Of a stretch of 38,935 nt of DNA, positions 1 to 9,431 are shown piece by piece. The notes below the pieces were generated by a model, which ran no database searches, was not told the DNA's origin, and was given only the letters and a program-made list of their open reading frames with translations. Each line of letters opens with the position of its first letter. Within the stretch, counting starts at the first letter, position 1. The stretch comes from a virus (lineage: Duplodnaviria; Caudoviricetes): the IMG/VR virus record IMGVR_UViG_3300027820_000555, positions 1-38,935 of that record; one strand, 5' to 3'. The position numbers were made by a program, and so were the translations under genes.

Positions 1-603
1 TTAGGTACGTTTCTTGAATAACCCGGCGATCGTCGCGAAGGCGCTGCCTGGGGTCTGTCCGTTCGCCACCTGCTTATCTTTAGAGCGAGAATGGACAGAG
101 ACTCCCAACACGGCCAGCGCAATACCCCAAAGCATGCTCGATTGGGACATAGCAGTGCCCACTGCTGCGATAATCACAGGTGCCTGTTCGGGGGTCTTGA
201 TGGCCGCCCACAAGAATGTCGCTGTGGTTCCAACCATCATGATGAACCACGCAAAGGCTGTCAGATATCCATATGTTGGCCGCCAGCGCCGCACATAGGG
301 GTCGCTCGATGCGACCTCGGCCTGCATGGTCCTATTGACTGCGACAAGGCGCTCCGTCTCCTCTGCGAGAATGGTGGCCTCGTGCTCGGCCATCTTGGAT
401 TGCATTTCCGCCAGCATCTCAGGATTGCCCTGGAGCTGATTCAAAAGCGCCTGCGGGTCCTGTTGGCCAGCCATGCCCATGGCAATGCCTGTAACCTTAT
501 TGGCGATCTCTTCGCCTTTGTCGCCGCCGAACAGACGGCCTAAACGCGGGGCAACCAATTTAGCAATGCCCATTGCTGCAAGAATAGGAAATGGCATGGT
601 CAA
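1..603 (-). CDS. Holin, 3TM GTA-holin type
   Basis: DPYVRRWRPTYGY motif followed by hydrophobic helices; last gene of the late operon. Confidence 0.8.
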   Translation of the reverse strand: MTMPFPILAAMGIAKLVAPRLGRLFGGDKGEEIANKVTGIAMGMAGQQDPQALLNQLQGNPEMLAEMQSKMAEHEATILAEETERLVAVNRTMQAEVASSDPYVRRWRPTYGYLTAFAWFIMMVGTTATFLWAAIKTPEQAPVIIAAVGTAMSQSSMLWGIALAVLGVSVHSRSKDKQVANGQTPGSAFATIAGLFKKRT

Positions 604-1052
604 ATATCCATTACTTCAATTGTGAACTTCGTTTTTCCCAATAGGGCCGCAAGCTTATCCATATCGCTGTCACGAAGCCGCACACAGCCATATGTCGCAA
701 TCAACTCGTCATCACCGCGCCCTGCGTGAATGCCAAGCCCTGTGCGGCCATAGTTCGCAGCGGCTGCGGCGTCGCCTGTCATTCCTTTCATGGGAATAAA
801 CCAGCGCCCCAATCTGGGATTTGACTGCAAAGGGATGGGGCTTGTCATTTTATATCTGCCCGACGGTGTGTCGCCATAAGGCAGAACAGGCTTGCGCTCA
901 GGGTTATTTTCTTTGACGGCCCGCCCATTGTCAGCCTTGCCACGACATGGGGCGCTGAAAGCGATCTGGCCGTCTTCTTGAATAGAGTGAAGCATGCCCG
1001 TGAGGGTGCGATCCTTGGGCAATAGCACAAGGAGTTTATGAACCTTGGTCAA
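600..1052 (-). CDS. YkuD/L,D-transpeptidase-fold peptidoglycan enzyme, putative endolysin
   Basis: GDTPSGRY and GLGIHAG...ATYGCVRL (His/Cys catalytic motif); lies between two membrane proteins in the lysis position. Confidence 0.8.
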   Translation of the reverse strand: MTKVHKLLVLLPKDRTLTGMLHSIQEDGQIAFSAPCRGKADNGRAVKENNPERKPVLPYGDTPSGRYKMTSPIPLQSNPRLGRWFIPMKGMTGDAAAAANYGRTGLGIHAGRGDDELIATYGCVRLRDSDMDKLAALLGKTKFTIEVMDI

Positions 1053-1062
1053 AGACTGGCTC

Positions 1063-1365
1063 CTATCTCTGTTGTTTGTCGGCTTTCAAATTCAGGTCCG
1101 TACGGAGGTGGCGGACTTCTTCACGAAGTGCGTTTAGGGAATCGGATACCATCCGCCCTATCTCAACCTTGTGCGCCTCTAAGTCGGCCTTGGTGGCATA
1201 GGTCTTAACGTCTTCCAGCATATGATGGACCAGGCGATCATGCACGTCTTGAACGCTCTGATTATTCTTTTCCACCCTGGCACTGAGCAACTTGTAAATC
1301 AGGCCAATAAGGCCGAAGACCACAGATACCAAAACCAGATTGATCTTAGTCGCAAATTCCATCAT
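1063..1365 (-). CDS. Single-TM coiled-coil lysis-module protein (holin/antiholin-like)
   Basis: N-terminal hydrophobic helix plus coiled coil, directly upstream of the putative lysin. Confidence 0.55.
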   Translation of the reverse strand: MMEFATKINLVLVSVVFGLIGLIYKLLSARVEKNNQSVQDVHDRLVHHMLEDVKTYATKADLEAHKVEIGRMVSDSLNALREEVRHLRTDLNLKADKQQR

Positions 1366-2358
1366 TCATGCCTTATTGTCTGCGGAGAAGGTTGTTTTAA
1401 AACCACTCGATGTATATGAGTGGCGAACCGATGAAGCAGTGAAATCGCCATCCACGGTTGGCCTAAATCCAGTCAAGGTAACTGGCGTCTCAGCGAAAAT
1501 ATCAGGACGACCCGGCAGTGAGACATCAATCTCCACACTGCCGCGTTTCAAATCATCAAACTTCGCCTGCGCCATTGAAAGCGCGGTTGCGTAGTTGGTT
1601 TGGTTTCCTTTGATAGTGAATTGAGGAACACCCGAGCCAACTTGGACCTGCACGCGTTCGCCCAAGTCATTGTCATGATAATATGCCACAACTGATTTGA
1701 AGCGATTACGCTGCTCAACATCAGAGTCGATTTCAGTCCATTGACCTGGCGATAAAACGACAGGCTCCAGATCTTGACCACTTGCGGTGCGGCCTTGGCC
1801 ACGCTTGACAAACAGCAGCTTCTTAGCAACTGGCTTTGCGATAGCGTTATAAGCCAGCGCCAGCCGGGTCAAAAACTGCATATCGTTTTCGTCTATCTGG
1901 TCTTCCCGCTCAACCTTTATCTCGGCAAGGTCTTCTCCCACTACGGGGTCCAGACCATGATCCTGGGCAATCGTTGTAATAATCTCGCCTATTTTGACGT
2001 TTTCCCAAGCGCGCTGCTTGTGTTCCTTCAATGAGCCGTGCAAATCCGCAGCGGTGGCTCGAATTCGTATTTGGTCAACACCACTGCGTATACCGGCTGC
2101 ATCAATGACATATGTACCGATTTCGACCAGGTCCTGGACGGGCTTTTCATTCTGCTGAAATTCATAGCCGAGAGACAAAGTTAGCTCTTCACCTTCATTA
2201 GGCAAGTCTCTCTGGGCAAGCTCATCAGCAACTATAATTGAGAGCGTGTCGCTTTGAATTCCGGCTTCGTCTGTGGCCTGAATGGAGACAAGGCACTGAC
2301 TGATCTTCGCAGTGACATCTTCGCCATTGCGCTCTAAACGGAATACAGGCTTTACCAT
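1366..2358 (-). CDS. Tail/baseplate hub, P2 gpD (late control D) family
   Basis: TDEAGIQSDTLSI and DQIDENDMQFLTRLA motifs; follows gpX. Confidence 0.92.
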   Translation of the reverse strand: MVKPVFRLERNGEDVTAKISQCLVSIQATDEAGIQSDTLSIIVADELAQRDLPNEGEELTLSLGYEFQQNEKPVQDLVEIGTYVIDAAGIRSGVDQIRIRATAADLHGSLKEHKQRAWENVKIGEIITTIAQDHGLDPVVGEDLAEIKVEREDQIDENDMQFLTRLALAYNAIAKPVAKKLLFVKRGQGRTASGQDLEPVVLSPGQWTEIDSDVEQRNRFKSVVAYYHDNDLGERVQVQVGSGVPQFTIKGNQTNYATALSMAQAKFDDLKRGSVEIDVSLPGRPDIFAETPVTLTGFRPTVDGDFTASSVRHSYTSSGFKTTFSADNKA

Positions 2359-2573
2359 CAGTCGAACAAACGCCGGAACTTGCGTGTCTCAACAACCGCG
2401 ACATCAGGGAATTCCACTGTCACCCCTGCCGGGATGATTGGGCCAAATGCCGCTATATGAGGATTGGCTTTTAAAAATTCATCCATGGGCAGATGGCTGC
2501 CATAATGGTCCAGAACAATCAGATCAAGCGGCTCATCCTGAATAGTGGTTTTACTGGCCATTTTGGGCCTCAT
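2358..2573 (-). CDS. Tail protein X (P2 gpX, LysM-like)
   Basis: LDLIVLDHYG...ANPHIA...IPAGVTVEFP; start may be the second Met. Confidence 0.88.
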   Translation of the reverse strand: MRPKMASKTTIQDEPLDLIVLDHYGSHLPMDEFLKANPHIAAFGPIIPAGVTVEFPDVAVVETRKFRRLFD

Positions 2574-2949
2574 AGCGCTTTAATGTTAGTGAGAAATCAA
2601 TATGCGTAGGGAAGCCGTTTGCAAGCATCTGATCTTCATTATCAGACACACTAATAATCACATATGTGCCTAAGACAAATCCCTGTCCATTTGATAAGTT
2701 GAGTGGGACACCTCGCTTTTGCTCTTCACGCATCATTTCAATTTCATGAGGGCCGCCTTTATATAGAGGGAAGATCCGTCCCTTTAAGACAATCTCATCA
2801 TTGCCTGGACCCATGAACTGCATTTTGTCCCAATCACCAGCAATCTCGAGACTTTTCCATTTAGCATCCGTGCGCCGGTCCTTGGTTTTGGGGGATGCGG
2901 TGTCACCTGAGAACTTATAGCGCCCAAGCATGAACATCTGCTTAGTCAT
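2551..2949 (-). CDS. Tail protein, P2 gpU family
   Basis: QFMGPGNDEIVLKG and IDFSLTLKRY motifs; follows the tape measure gene. Confidence 0.9.
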   Translation of the reverse strand: MTKQMFMLGRYKFSGDTASPKTKDRRTDAKWKSLEIAGDWDKMQFMGPGNDEIVLKGRIFPLYKGGPHEIEMMREEQKRGVPLNLSNGQGFVLGTYVIISVSDNEDQMLANGFPTHIDFSLTLKRYEAQNGQ

Positions 2950-5128
2950 GTAGAGCCGTCCTTTCAGCGCGTTTTATCTGACGCACGACTTCTTTAGCCA
3001 AAGCGACAACGTCTTGGCCTGGCTGGGCTTGCACGGTAATGGTAATATTATTGGTGACGTTAGGCTGAGATAATTGGTCAAGCTGGTTTGGCTGTGCTGC
3101 TACTGGTGATGTAGCAATTGCGGTTGCAGCTGCGGCAGCAGCAAGAGGTTTGGCAGGGACTTTGGAATCTGACCCAGCTAAACTACGGCCCAACGCCTCA
3201 CCACCAAGGCCGCCAGCAACAGCGCCAATAAGGCCGCCTATTGCTGTTCCAATTATAGGGACAACGGAACCTATAGCCGCACCAGCGGCAGCACCAGCAA
3301 GTGAACCTCCGATATCCCCAAGCGCGCCACCAACGGCTTTTTTATTTCCGGTCTTGACGCCTTGAAACAGTGCGGCACCAGACAATAACGCGCCCAAGGG
3401 TTTGAACACTTTGCCAAGGGCTTTGCCACCACCCTTAACAATACCGCCAGCGCGACCAAGTGTTTTGGAGCCAAGGCCTTTTAACCCTTTACCCTTGCCC
3501 CCACCTAATAGTGCGCCTCCAAGATCGCCTATGATACCGCCTTTACCGGCCAACTTTGCTGTGCGAACGGCGGTTGCCAACCCAAGAATAGCTTTGGTCG
3601 TACTGAAAATTGAAACCAGCAGTTTTGCCGTAAATAACCCGGCCACGACGATGCCAAGGTTTTCAAATCCGCCGACCAGCCCTGCGACACCTGTAACAAG
3701 CTTAGCTACAACGACAGCAAATTTTCCAGCGCCAACCACCAATTCACCAAGGGCTGGCAAAGCAGATTCCAAGCCTGCGCTAAGTTTGGTGGCGAAGGCT
3801 TCTACGCGGTCCTGATTTTCAATGAACCACACACGGCCTTTGTCCAACAGTTTAGTCAGGACAGGAAGGACGGCGACACCTATTATCTGCACCTGGCCGG
3901 TCAAGCCAGCCTTGAACCTGTTCAGGGCGAAAGCATGGGCGCGGGCTATTTCCGATTCACGCTTGGTGACGGTCGCCCCCAGCTTATCCGATTCATCTCG
4001 GAGGTTGGCGACCTCTTTGCTAGACGCCTTAAGAAGCTCTATAAGCCTCTCACCAGCTGTGCCGCCGAAAATCTCGTCGGAAATCCGCTGCCGCGCTGCT
4101 GCATCATCCAATTGGGCAATGCGGCTATGGACCAGGTCAAAGAGCGCTTCTGTATCGTTGGTAAGGGGTGCCAACTCCGCACCGGACAGACCAAGCCGCT
4201 GAAACGCTTCTGCGGCGGGCCCGACACCCGTTTGTACAAATTCATCGGTGCGTAAACTCAGCTCTTTAATACCATCCTGGACATGGTCCAGGTCTGCACC
4301 AAAGGCTTTGGCTGCAAATGCTGTTCGACTTAGAAACTCTGTTGAAACACCAAGAGATTGAGAGAATCTGGTTATGTCTTCAATTGACTTGCCAGCGCCA
4401 ACCGTCACAGCGCCAAATGCAGCGCCTGCACCAAGTCCCAAAATTCCAAGCGGGGCGGTTAGTTTGCCAAGCGCCGTTCGGGTTGTTGTGGCAACATTAT
4501 GAAGCCGTTGGAGCGAGCGCCTGTTGCGTGCACTAACCTGGGCCCATTTCTTTTGCGCGCGAGCGACCCGTTCGGTACGGTCTTCAAGGCCTCGTAATTG
4601 GCCTGCCAGGCCTTTGGTTGAAACACCGGCTTCCTTTAAAGCGCCACGCATTTTGTGAAGCGATTCACGCTTATCCTGGAAGCTCTTTTTCAGACGGCCT
4701 GCGGCTTTTGCTGTGGTCTTAAATTCTCGACCAAGGTCGGACGATGATTTCTTGGCGGTCGCAAGTGCCTTCTTCAGCTCAGCTGCTTTTGCACGGGCCT
4801 CTTTTGCCTCTTCACCGGTCGCATTTTTGGCCGTATCTCCGGCCGAGGCCAGTTCTTTTTCCAGGCGCTTGACCTCACCGCCGGCCTTTTTGAATTCAGA
4901 GGCGAGCGCATTGGCTCGCCCCTGAGTGGTTTTCAACTCCTTTGACGCTGCCTGGACGTCTTTCTTAAGGGTGACGAACTTTTCAAGACGAGACTTATCA
5001 GAGTTCAGGGTTTTGATTTCCGCACCCAGGCCTTGAATGCCCTTTTTACCCTCGCCAAGTGTTGCTTTGAACCCAGGGCCAAGGGTCGCGCCCAAGGCAA
5101 AGTTCACAGCGAGGTTTTTAAAGGACAT
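2942..5128 (-). CDS. Tail tape measure protein
   Basis: 728 aa, Ala/Gly/Lys-rich helical protein with hydrophobic segments, downstream of the tail chaperone. Confidence 0.92.
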   Translation of the reverse strand: MSFKNLAVNFALGATLGPGFKATLGEGKKGIQGLGAEIKTLNSDKSRLEKFVTLKKDVQAASKELKTTQGRANALASEFKKAGGEVKRLEKELASAGDTAKNATGEEAKEARAKAAELKKALATAKKSSSDLGREFKTTAKAAGRLKKSFQDKRESLHKMRGALKEAGVSTKGLAGQLRGLEDRTERVARAQKKWAQVSARNRRSLQRLHNVATTTRTALGKLTAPLGILGLGAGAAFGAVTVGAGKSIEDITRFSQSLGVSTEFLSRTAFAAKAFGADLDHVQDGIKELSLRTDEFVQTGVGPAAEAFQRLGLSGAELAPLTNDTEALFDLVHSRIAQLDDAAARQRISDEIFGGTAGERLIELLKASSKEVANLRDESDKLGATVTKRESEIARAHAFALNRFKAGLTGQVQIIGVAVLPVLTKLLDKGRVWFIENQDRVEAFATKLSAGLESALPALGELVVGAGKFAVVVAKLVTGVAGLVGGFENLGIVVAGLFTAKLLVSIFSTTKAILGLATAVRTAKLAGKGGIIGDLGGALLGGGKGKGLKGLGSKTLGRAGGIVKGGGKALGKVFKPLGALLSGAALFQGVKTGNKKAVGGALGDIGGSLAGAAAGAAIGSVVPIIGTAIGGLIGAVAGGLGGEALGRSLAGSDSKVPAKPLAAAAAATAIATSPVAAQPNQLDQLSQPNVTNNITITVQAQPGQDVVALAKEVVRQIKRAERTALHD

Positions 5129-5143
5129 CTAAGACAGCTCTCA

Positions 5144-5297
5144 TCACTCCCCACCGTTTTCAGCGGAGATTATTTCCAGACAGAATTGATAATAATAATT
5201 TAGATCTTCGGGTGACTGCCGTAGATATTGGTCCACACCCCCGCCCAATTTATAGGCGCAAACCGCCGCGCGTTCGCGACGGATCAGACGTTTTTTT
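5144..5297 (-). CDS. GpE'-like extension of the tail assembly chaperone made by programmed -1 frameshift
   Basis: Slippery A AAA AAC at about 5290-5296 on the minus strand; the -1 frame reads RLIRRERAAVCAYKLGGGVDQYLRQSPEDLNYYYQFCLEIISAENGGE to a stop 15 nt before the tape measure start. Confidence 0.8.
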
Positions 5298-5544
5298 GGT
5301 ACCAGTCCTGGACTGTGGTTAGGACTTTGCTGCCATCCTTTGGACTAAGGCCTCGGATGGCTTGCCGGTCAACGCGCCCCATCGCAGCAGCAACAGCGAC
5401 GCCTTTGGCTCCCTCACCAAGTCTTTCATCCTCGATATCACACAAGACCCCGTAGTCCACCTCGCGGAGCTGGATCTGAGCAATCTCTTGACCCATCCAT
5501 TCAACAGGTCGAGAAAGCTTAATTGTTTCGATAACCTCATCCAT
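5284..5544 (-). CDS. Tail assembly chaperone (P2 gpE / Mu gp41-like)
   Basis: IKLSRPVEWMGQEIAQIQLRE...IRGLSPKD; lies between tube and tape measure. Confidence 0.85.
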   Translation of the reverse strand: MDEVIETIKLSRPVEWMGQEIAQIQLREVDYGVLCDIEDERLGEGAKGVAVAAAMGRVDRQAIRGLSPKDGSKVLTTVQDWYQKNV

Positions 5545-5556
5545 TTCACAAGACCT

Positions 5557-6051
5557 TTAGTTAGCTGCGGGTTGGCTGGAAGACGGAGAAAAGTCCTTAC
5601 CGTTGATCATAAACACGGTACCGCCCTCAACATCAATTTCCGTGGGTTTTAAACCCGCCATATCCATTTTGAAGTATTTACAGTTCATCGTCACTTCCAA
5701 CTCTGTTACCTCATTTCCAAAGTCAGTAGGCGATGCCTTTTTGATGAGACCTCGACCGTGGATGGTGGTGTTGGTAAATCCGTCTTCAAAGTTGCCCTGA
5801 TGGCCAACAAAGGTTAAGTGGCCTTCTCCCAGCGCACCGATCGCATCTGCTGGCAATCCAACAAAGGTGGTTGAGATATCAAGCTTGCCGACCTTATGAC
5901 GAAACTCATCAAAGGCCCCGAATGTGCTTGATGTATCTATCTCACTGGTAAGCAGTTCAAGATCAGGGATTTTCACTTTCTTGGTTTCGGCAATAAAAAT
6001 GCCATTGAGGCTCACCCGGAAGTGGGCCCCTAAAAGACTTTTAAGGCGCAT
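5557..6051 (-). CDS. Tail tube protein (P2 FII-like)
   Basis: 164 aa after the sheath; C-terminal EIDVEGG...INGKD. Confidence 0.85.
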   Translation of the reverse strand: MRLKSLLGAHFRVSLNGIFIAETKKVKIPDLELLTSEIDTSSTFGAFDEFRHKVGKLDISTTFVGLPADAIGALGEGHLTFVGHQGNFEDGFTNTTIHGRGLIKKASPTDFGNEVTELEVTMNCKYFKMDMAGLKPTEIDVEGGTVFMINGKDFSPSSSQPAAN

Positions 6052-6075
6052 TTTTCAATATCCTAATTTCGAAAA

Positions 6076-7266
6076 TTAAGCGGCGATCGCTTCCACACTG
6101 AAAGTGCCTTCAAGCAGAGTAGGATCACGGTGAAGGCGGAAGGTGATGGACCGCAGGTCTGGCGTGGGTTCGTCATCGATATCAATGGTGAACTTACCTT
6201 GAGACAGCTCTGTCACGGGATTTGCCCCTGGTGCGGTATAGACCCGACCACCAACGATGGCACCATCTTGTTTCAACCCGCGCAGATACGCATTCCCGGA
6301 TTCAATCACATCAATAGCCTGTTCAGGGGTCATCTTCTTACCAATGAACTCCAGGAAGGCAGGCTCTAACGTGTCCATAATGATGTAGCGGGTCAGGCGG
6401 GCCGTGAACGACTGCCATAATGGATTAGTGTGGTTGAGTTTACCTTCCCAAAGCCGCCACCCCTGGCGGTTCACCAATGCACCGACAAACCCACGGTTCA
6501 GCCGCTGCACTTCGGCATTAGGGTCCGAGCCATCAAATTTGATGACACGATCAGCACCCAAGATGCCTTTGATAATTCTGTTGGTTGGAGAATTCCAAAA
6601 GCCTTCAGTATGATGCACTTCGGATGTTAATCCGGCGATGCGAGAAGAGACATAATCTGAAATCTTTGCCCCATTCTCATCGCGAATAATAGCTCGATTA
6701 TCAACAACTGCAGTGTGGCCTCCAGCAGCATTATCTTGTGCATATGCCAGGGCTGCGGTGTCATCGATATTTGGGCCATCAGCAATCACCATCGCGCGCA
6801 GTTTGGGGGCCAGCTGATTCAGCTCAGCGACAACAGGGTTCGCAACACCACTGCTCCCTTGGTGCGTCCATCCGGGCGACACCAAAAGCCTGGGTTTGAG
6901 AAACACGGCTTCTTCGGCATTCACAAGTGCATGCACGCCGGTCCGCGCCGCCGCATCCCCACTAATATTATTGAGTGTCGCGTCTTCATCTGCGCCCACA
7001 TCACTCCGCACGACAACCACTTGTGGTGTAGATTGCGCGCTTTGGTCAAATATGCCATCAAGCGCACGGCGCAGCGTTCCATTATAGCCCATATCATCAA
7101 GTTGCGTGACATCATCAACTAATACCGGCTCGTTTAAGGGGAACTTATTCGTATCCACATCCGGGTCAGTTCCAGCCAATCCAATGACAGACGTTGCTGC
7201 GGTTTGAATAGGAATAGGTCCATCATCGGATTGAACGGCGCGCACGCCGTGAAAATCCAGGCTCAT
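6076..7266 (-). CDS. Contractile tail sheath protein (P2 FI-like)
   Basis: FHGV...TSVIGLAGT, KPRLLVSPG, GFWNSPTN and GWRLWEG motifs. Confidence 0.95.
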   Translation of the reverse strand: MSLDFHGVRAVQSDDGPIPIQTAATSVIGLAGTDPDVDTNKFPLNEPVLVDDVTQLDDMGYNGTLRRALDGIFDQSAQSTPQVVVVRSDVGADEDATLNNISGDAAARTGVHALVNAEEAVFLKPRLLVSPGWTHQGSSGVANPVVAELNQLAPKLRAMVIADGPNIDDTAALAYAQDNAAGGHTAVVDNRAIIRDENGAKISDYVSSRIAGLTSEVHHTEGFWNSPTNRIIKGILGADRVIKFDGSDPNAEVQRLNRGFVGALVNRQGWRLWEGKLNHTNPLWQSFTARLTRYIIMDTLEPAFLEFIGKKMTPEQAIDVIESGNAYLRGLKQDGAIVGGRVYTAPGANPVTELSQGKFTIDIDDEPTPDLRSITFRLHRDPTLLEGTFSVEAIAA

Positions 7267-7284
7267 GCCATTTGCTCCTGTAAG

Positions 7285-7596
7285 TTAAATTAGGGTAATT
7301 GCCCCATAGAACAGCGCCGGGATCACCCAATCCCATAGGCTGTCACGTGAGTGATTTTCCGGGCGCAGGCCAAGGCTGCGTTTGATGCCAAAGAGCGTAG
7401 CTTTAAGGCCGAAGGTGCCGCGCTTGCCGCTGTACCATTTGAAGGCCTCTCCCTCGCGGATTTCAATCATGAGGCCCGCGATGGTTATTGCTGTTGCCGC
7501 TGTGGTCAATGGGCCAAATGGCCAGACAAGCCAGACCGCAAAGAACAGAGGCAGTATAGCTGCCACATGTTCAAGCTTGTCGCGCAGCCAGCTCAT
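7285..7596 (-). CDS. Small membrane protein of unknown function
   Basis: Two to three hydrophobic segments; ATGA overlap with the upstream gene. Confidence 0.6.
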   Translation of the reverse strand: MSWLRDKLEHVAAILPLFFAVWLVWPFGPLTTAATAITIAGLMIEIREGEAFKWYSGKRGTFGLKATLFGIKRSLGLRPENHSRDSLWDWVIPALFYGAITLI

Positions 7597-8081
7597 TTGC
7601 TTGTCACCTGTTGCGCTTCAAAGATTTCAGCAACCTTTGTACAGCGCTCACCCATTTCCCGGAGTACGCCAGCTTCGCCGCCCTTCACCATATGCGGAAG
7701 CTTGATAGTGCCATCATCAATGCCATCACGCCACGTCGCCAAGTCCGCGAGGTGATCGGCCACCACCCCTTTGAGCTCAGCAAAGCTGCCGACTACACTC
7801 AAATCAACCAGCAGCCTTGTATACCGGTCCCAAAGCATCGCAGTCGCATCAGCCGTCGTACCTAATAGGCTGGCTTCATCGCCGACTTGGTTCTGAATGT
7901 TGCGACGCATTGCTTTACGATCTTGTTCATCTTGATACGCAGCTAGGTCGTCAGGGTCGACGGTAAGGCGGTCATCATCGTAACCTGAATTTTCTTTGAT
8001 GGTTGTCAGCTCTGACGGGTGGCCGATTATTGTAAACGGCTGCCCATCAACAAGGGCTCCATCAAGTAAGACTTTCAACAT
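7593..8081 (-). CDS. Tail-fibre-associated protein (possible assembly chaperone)
   Basis: GGAG RBS before ATG at 8081; directly downstream of the fibre gene. Confidence 0.55.
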   Translation of the reverse strand: MLKVLLDGALVDGQPFTIIGHPSELTTIKENSGYDDDRLTVDPDDLAAYQDEQDRKAMRRNIQNQVGDEASLLGTTADATAMLWDRYTRLLVDLSVVGSFAELKGVVADHLADLATWRDGIDDGTIKLPHMVKGGEAGVLREMGERCTKVAEIFEAQQVTSK

Positions 8082-8094
8082 AATTATCTCCGTT

Positions 8095-8892
8095 TTAAAC
8101 AGCTGCCGGGATTGGGTTTGCGTGTACAGGGAGCCGAACTTCACCAGCGATCAAGACGGGTAAGGCTAATTGGATAACACTGCCTTGCGATGCGTGAAGC
8201 CGTGGAAAGCAGGTCACATAGCCACCATTGAAGTTGATGACGTGTGAAATATGGGTCCACCCGTCAGCCGGGCTCAACAGTGTCGCAGCATTTTGCTCGA
8301 CCCCATCCTTTGCAAGATAGTTCCCTTTTTGCATCTCACCCTGGCCAGAGATGATGCGCAGCCAAAATGCGAAGCTTGCCATGCCAGTGAAGCCTAACCT
8401 TGGCTGGTGTTTGCAAAGGAGATAGTGATTTCCATTTGCACTCGTTCCGTCTGTACCGGTGCCCATCGTCCACTCAGCAATGAAAAATTCGGCCCCATAG
8501 CGTTCATTGCCGGGACGCATCTTGTTCATCAGCGCTTCAGTGGTTGCGTTTAATGCTGTGCCGGTCCCGCCGAATGTGCTGGAGTTGGTATGGTAACGCC
8601 CAGCCTCTATGCCTACTGTTGAGCCGTTATAGGGAGCAAAGTCTGCCGCCCGTGGGTCAAAAAGACCGTTAAGTAATATCGAAGACTTATCCTGCGCATC
8701 ATCAACGAAGCGGCCATCATCAGGCAATAAATTGGGGCCAGCAAGACCACCACCCGCTTGCGCGATAAACGTATCAACCTCCGCTTTTTTCGCTGCAACC
8801 TCTGCATTGATGTCGTCAATCTTTTCAGAGACTGTTGTGGTTAAGTCCGTTGCAGCGACCGTCAAGCCAGCAATATCGCTCTCAATAGTCAT
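8095..8892 (-). CDS. Short tail fibre / receptor-binding protein
   Basis: N-terminal coiled coil followed by a Gly/aromatic-rich beta domain; fibre locus. Confidence 0.65.
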   Translation of the reverse strand: MTIESDIAGLTVAATDLTTTVSEKIDDINAEVAAKKAEVDTFIAQAGGGLAGPNLLPDDGRFVDDAQDKSSILLNGLFDPRAADFAPYNGSTVGIEAGRYHTNSSTFGGTGTALNATTEALMNKMRPGNERYGAEFFIAEWTMGTGTDGTSANGNHYLLCKHQPRLGFTGMASFAFWLRIISGQGEMQKGNYLAKDGVEQNAATLLSPADGWTHISHVINFNGGYVTCFPRLHASQGSVIQLALPVLIAGEVRLPVHANPIPAAV

Positions 8893-9431
8893 TGAGCCGT
8901 CTCCTTGATTTTTAGAATTTCGAGTTGATTTTTCAGAGAAAGATGCAAGGCGGTTATCGCCGCAGTCGCATTGGCTGCAAGCGGTCCTGCAATGAGCGGT
9001 GAAATAATCGGCCCAGCTGCTTCAACACTAATGCTATCGAAAGGAACATCGCTGACTTCAAAATCAACGGTGAACGCAAGCCCTGCACTATGCGTGCGGG
9101 TGGTTATGATGTTGACAGGATGGCTGTAGATGCCAAACAGCACGCCATCTTCGTCATAAACCCCGAATTCAGAAAAATTATATTGTGGGATCTCCGGGTC
9201 TAAAGGTGACAGCGCAATGGTCATCCGAAGAATGTTGGGCAGGATACGCTCATAGGCCGCAATGGGCACGCGTTCTTTTTGCTGGCTAAGCGCTTCCTCT
9301 GAACCATCAGGTGCATATCGGCCTGCGCCTATGCCAATTTCGCACAGCGTGAGGTTCAGGCCATTATCCTGAGCGGAGAATAAAGCCGTCGATCCGACAC
9401 TCGTTCTGAGAAATTGCAGCTTCTCACTCAT
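8889..9431 (-). CDS. Tail-collar fibre N-terminal domain protein (P2 gpH N-terminus / DUF3751-like)
   Basis: EIGIGAG...SEFGVYDEDGVLFG motif; follows gpI. Confidence 0.75.
   Translation of the reverse strand: MSEKLQFLRTSVGSTALFSAQDNGLNLTLCEIGIGAGRYAPDGSEEALSQQKERVPIAAYERILPNILRMTIALSPLDPEIPQYNFSEFGVYDEDGVLFGIYSHPVNIITTRTHSAGLAFTVDFEVSDVPFDSISVEAAGPIISPLIAGPLAANATAAITALHLSLKNQLEILKIKETAQ

Noticed and set aside
8095-9431. Diversity-generating retroelement or invertible tail-fibre cassette
   Set aside because: No reverse transcriptase, invertase or duplicated template region was seen
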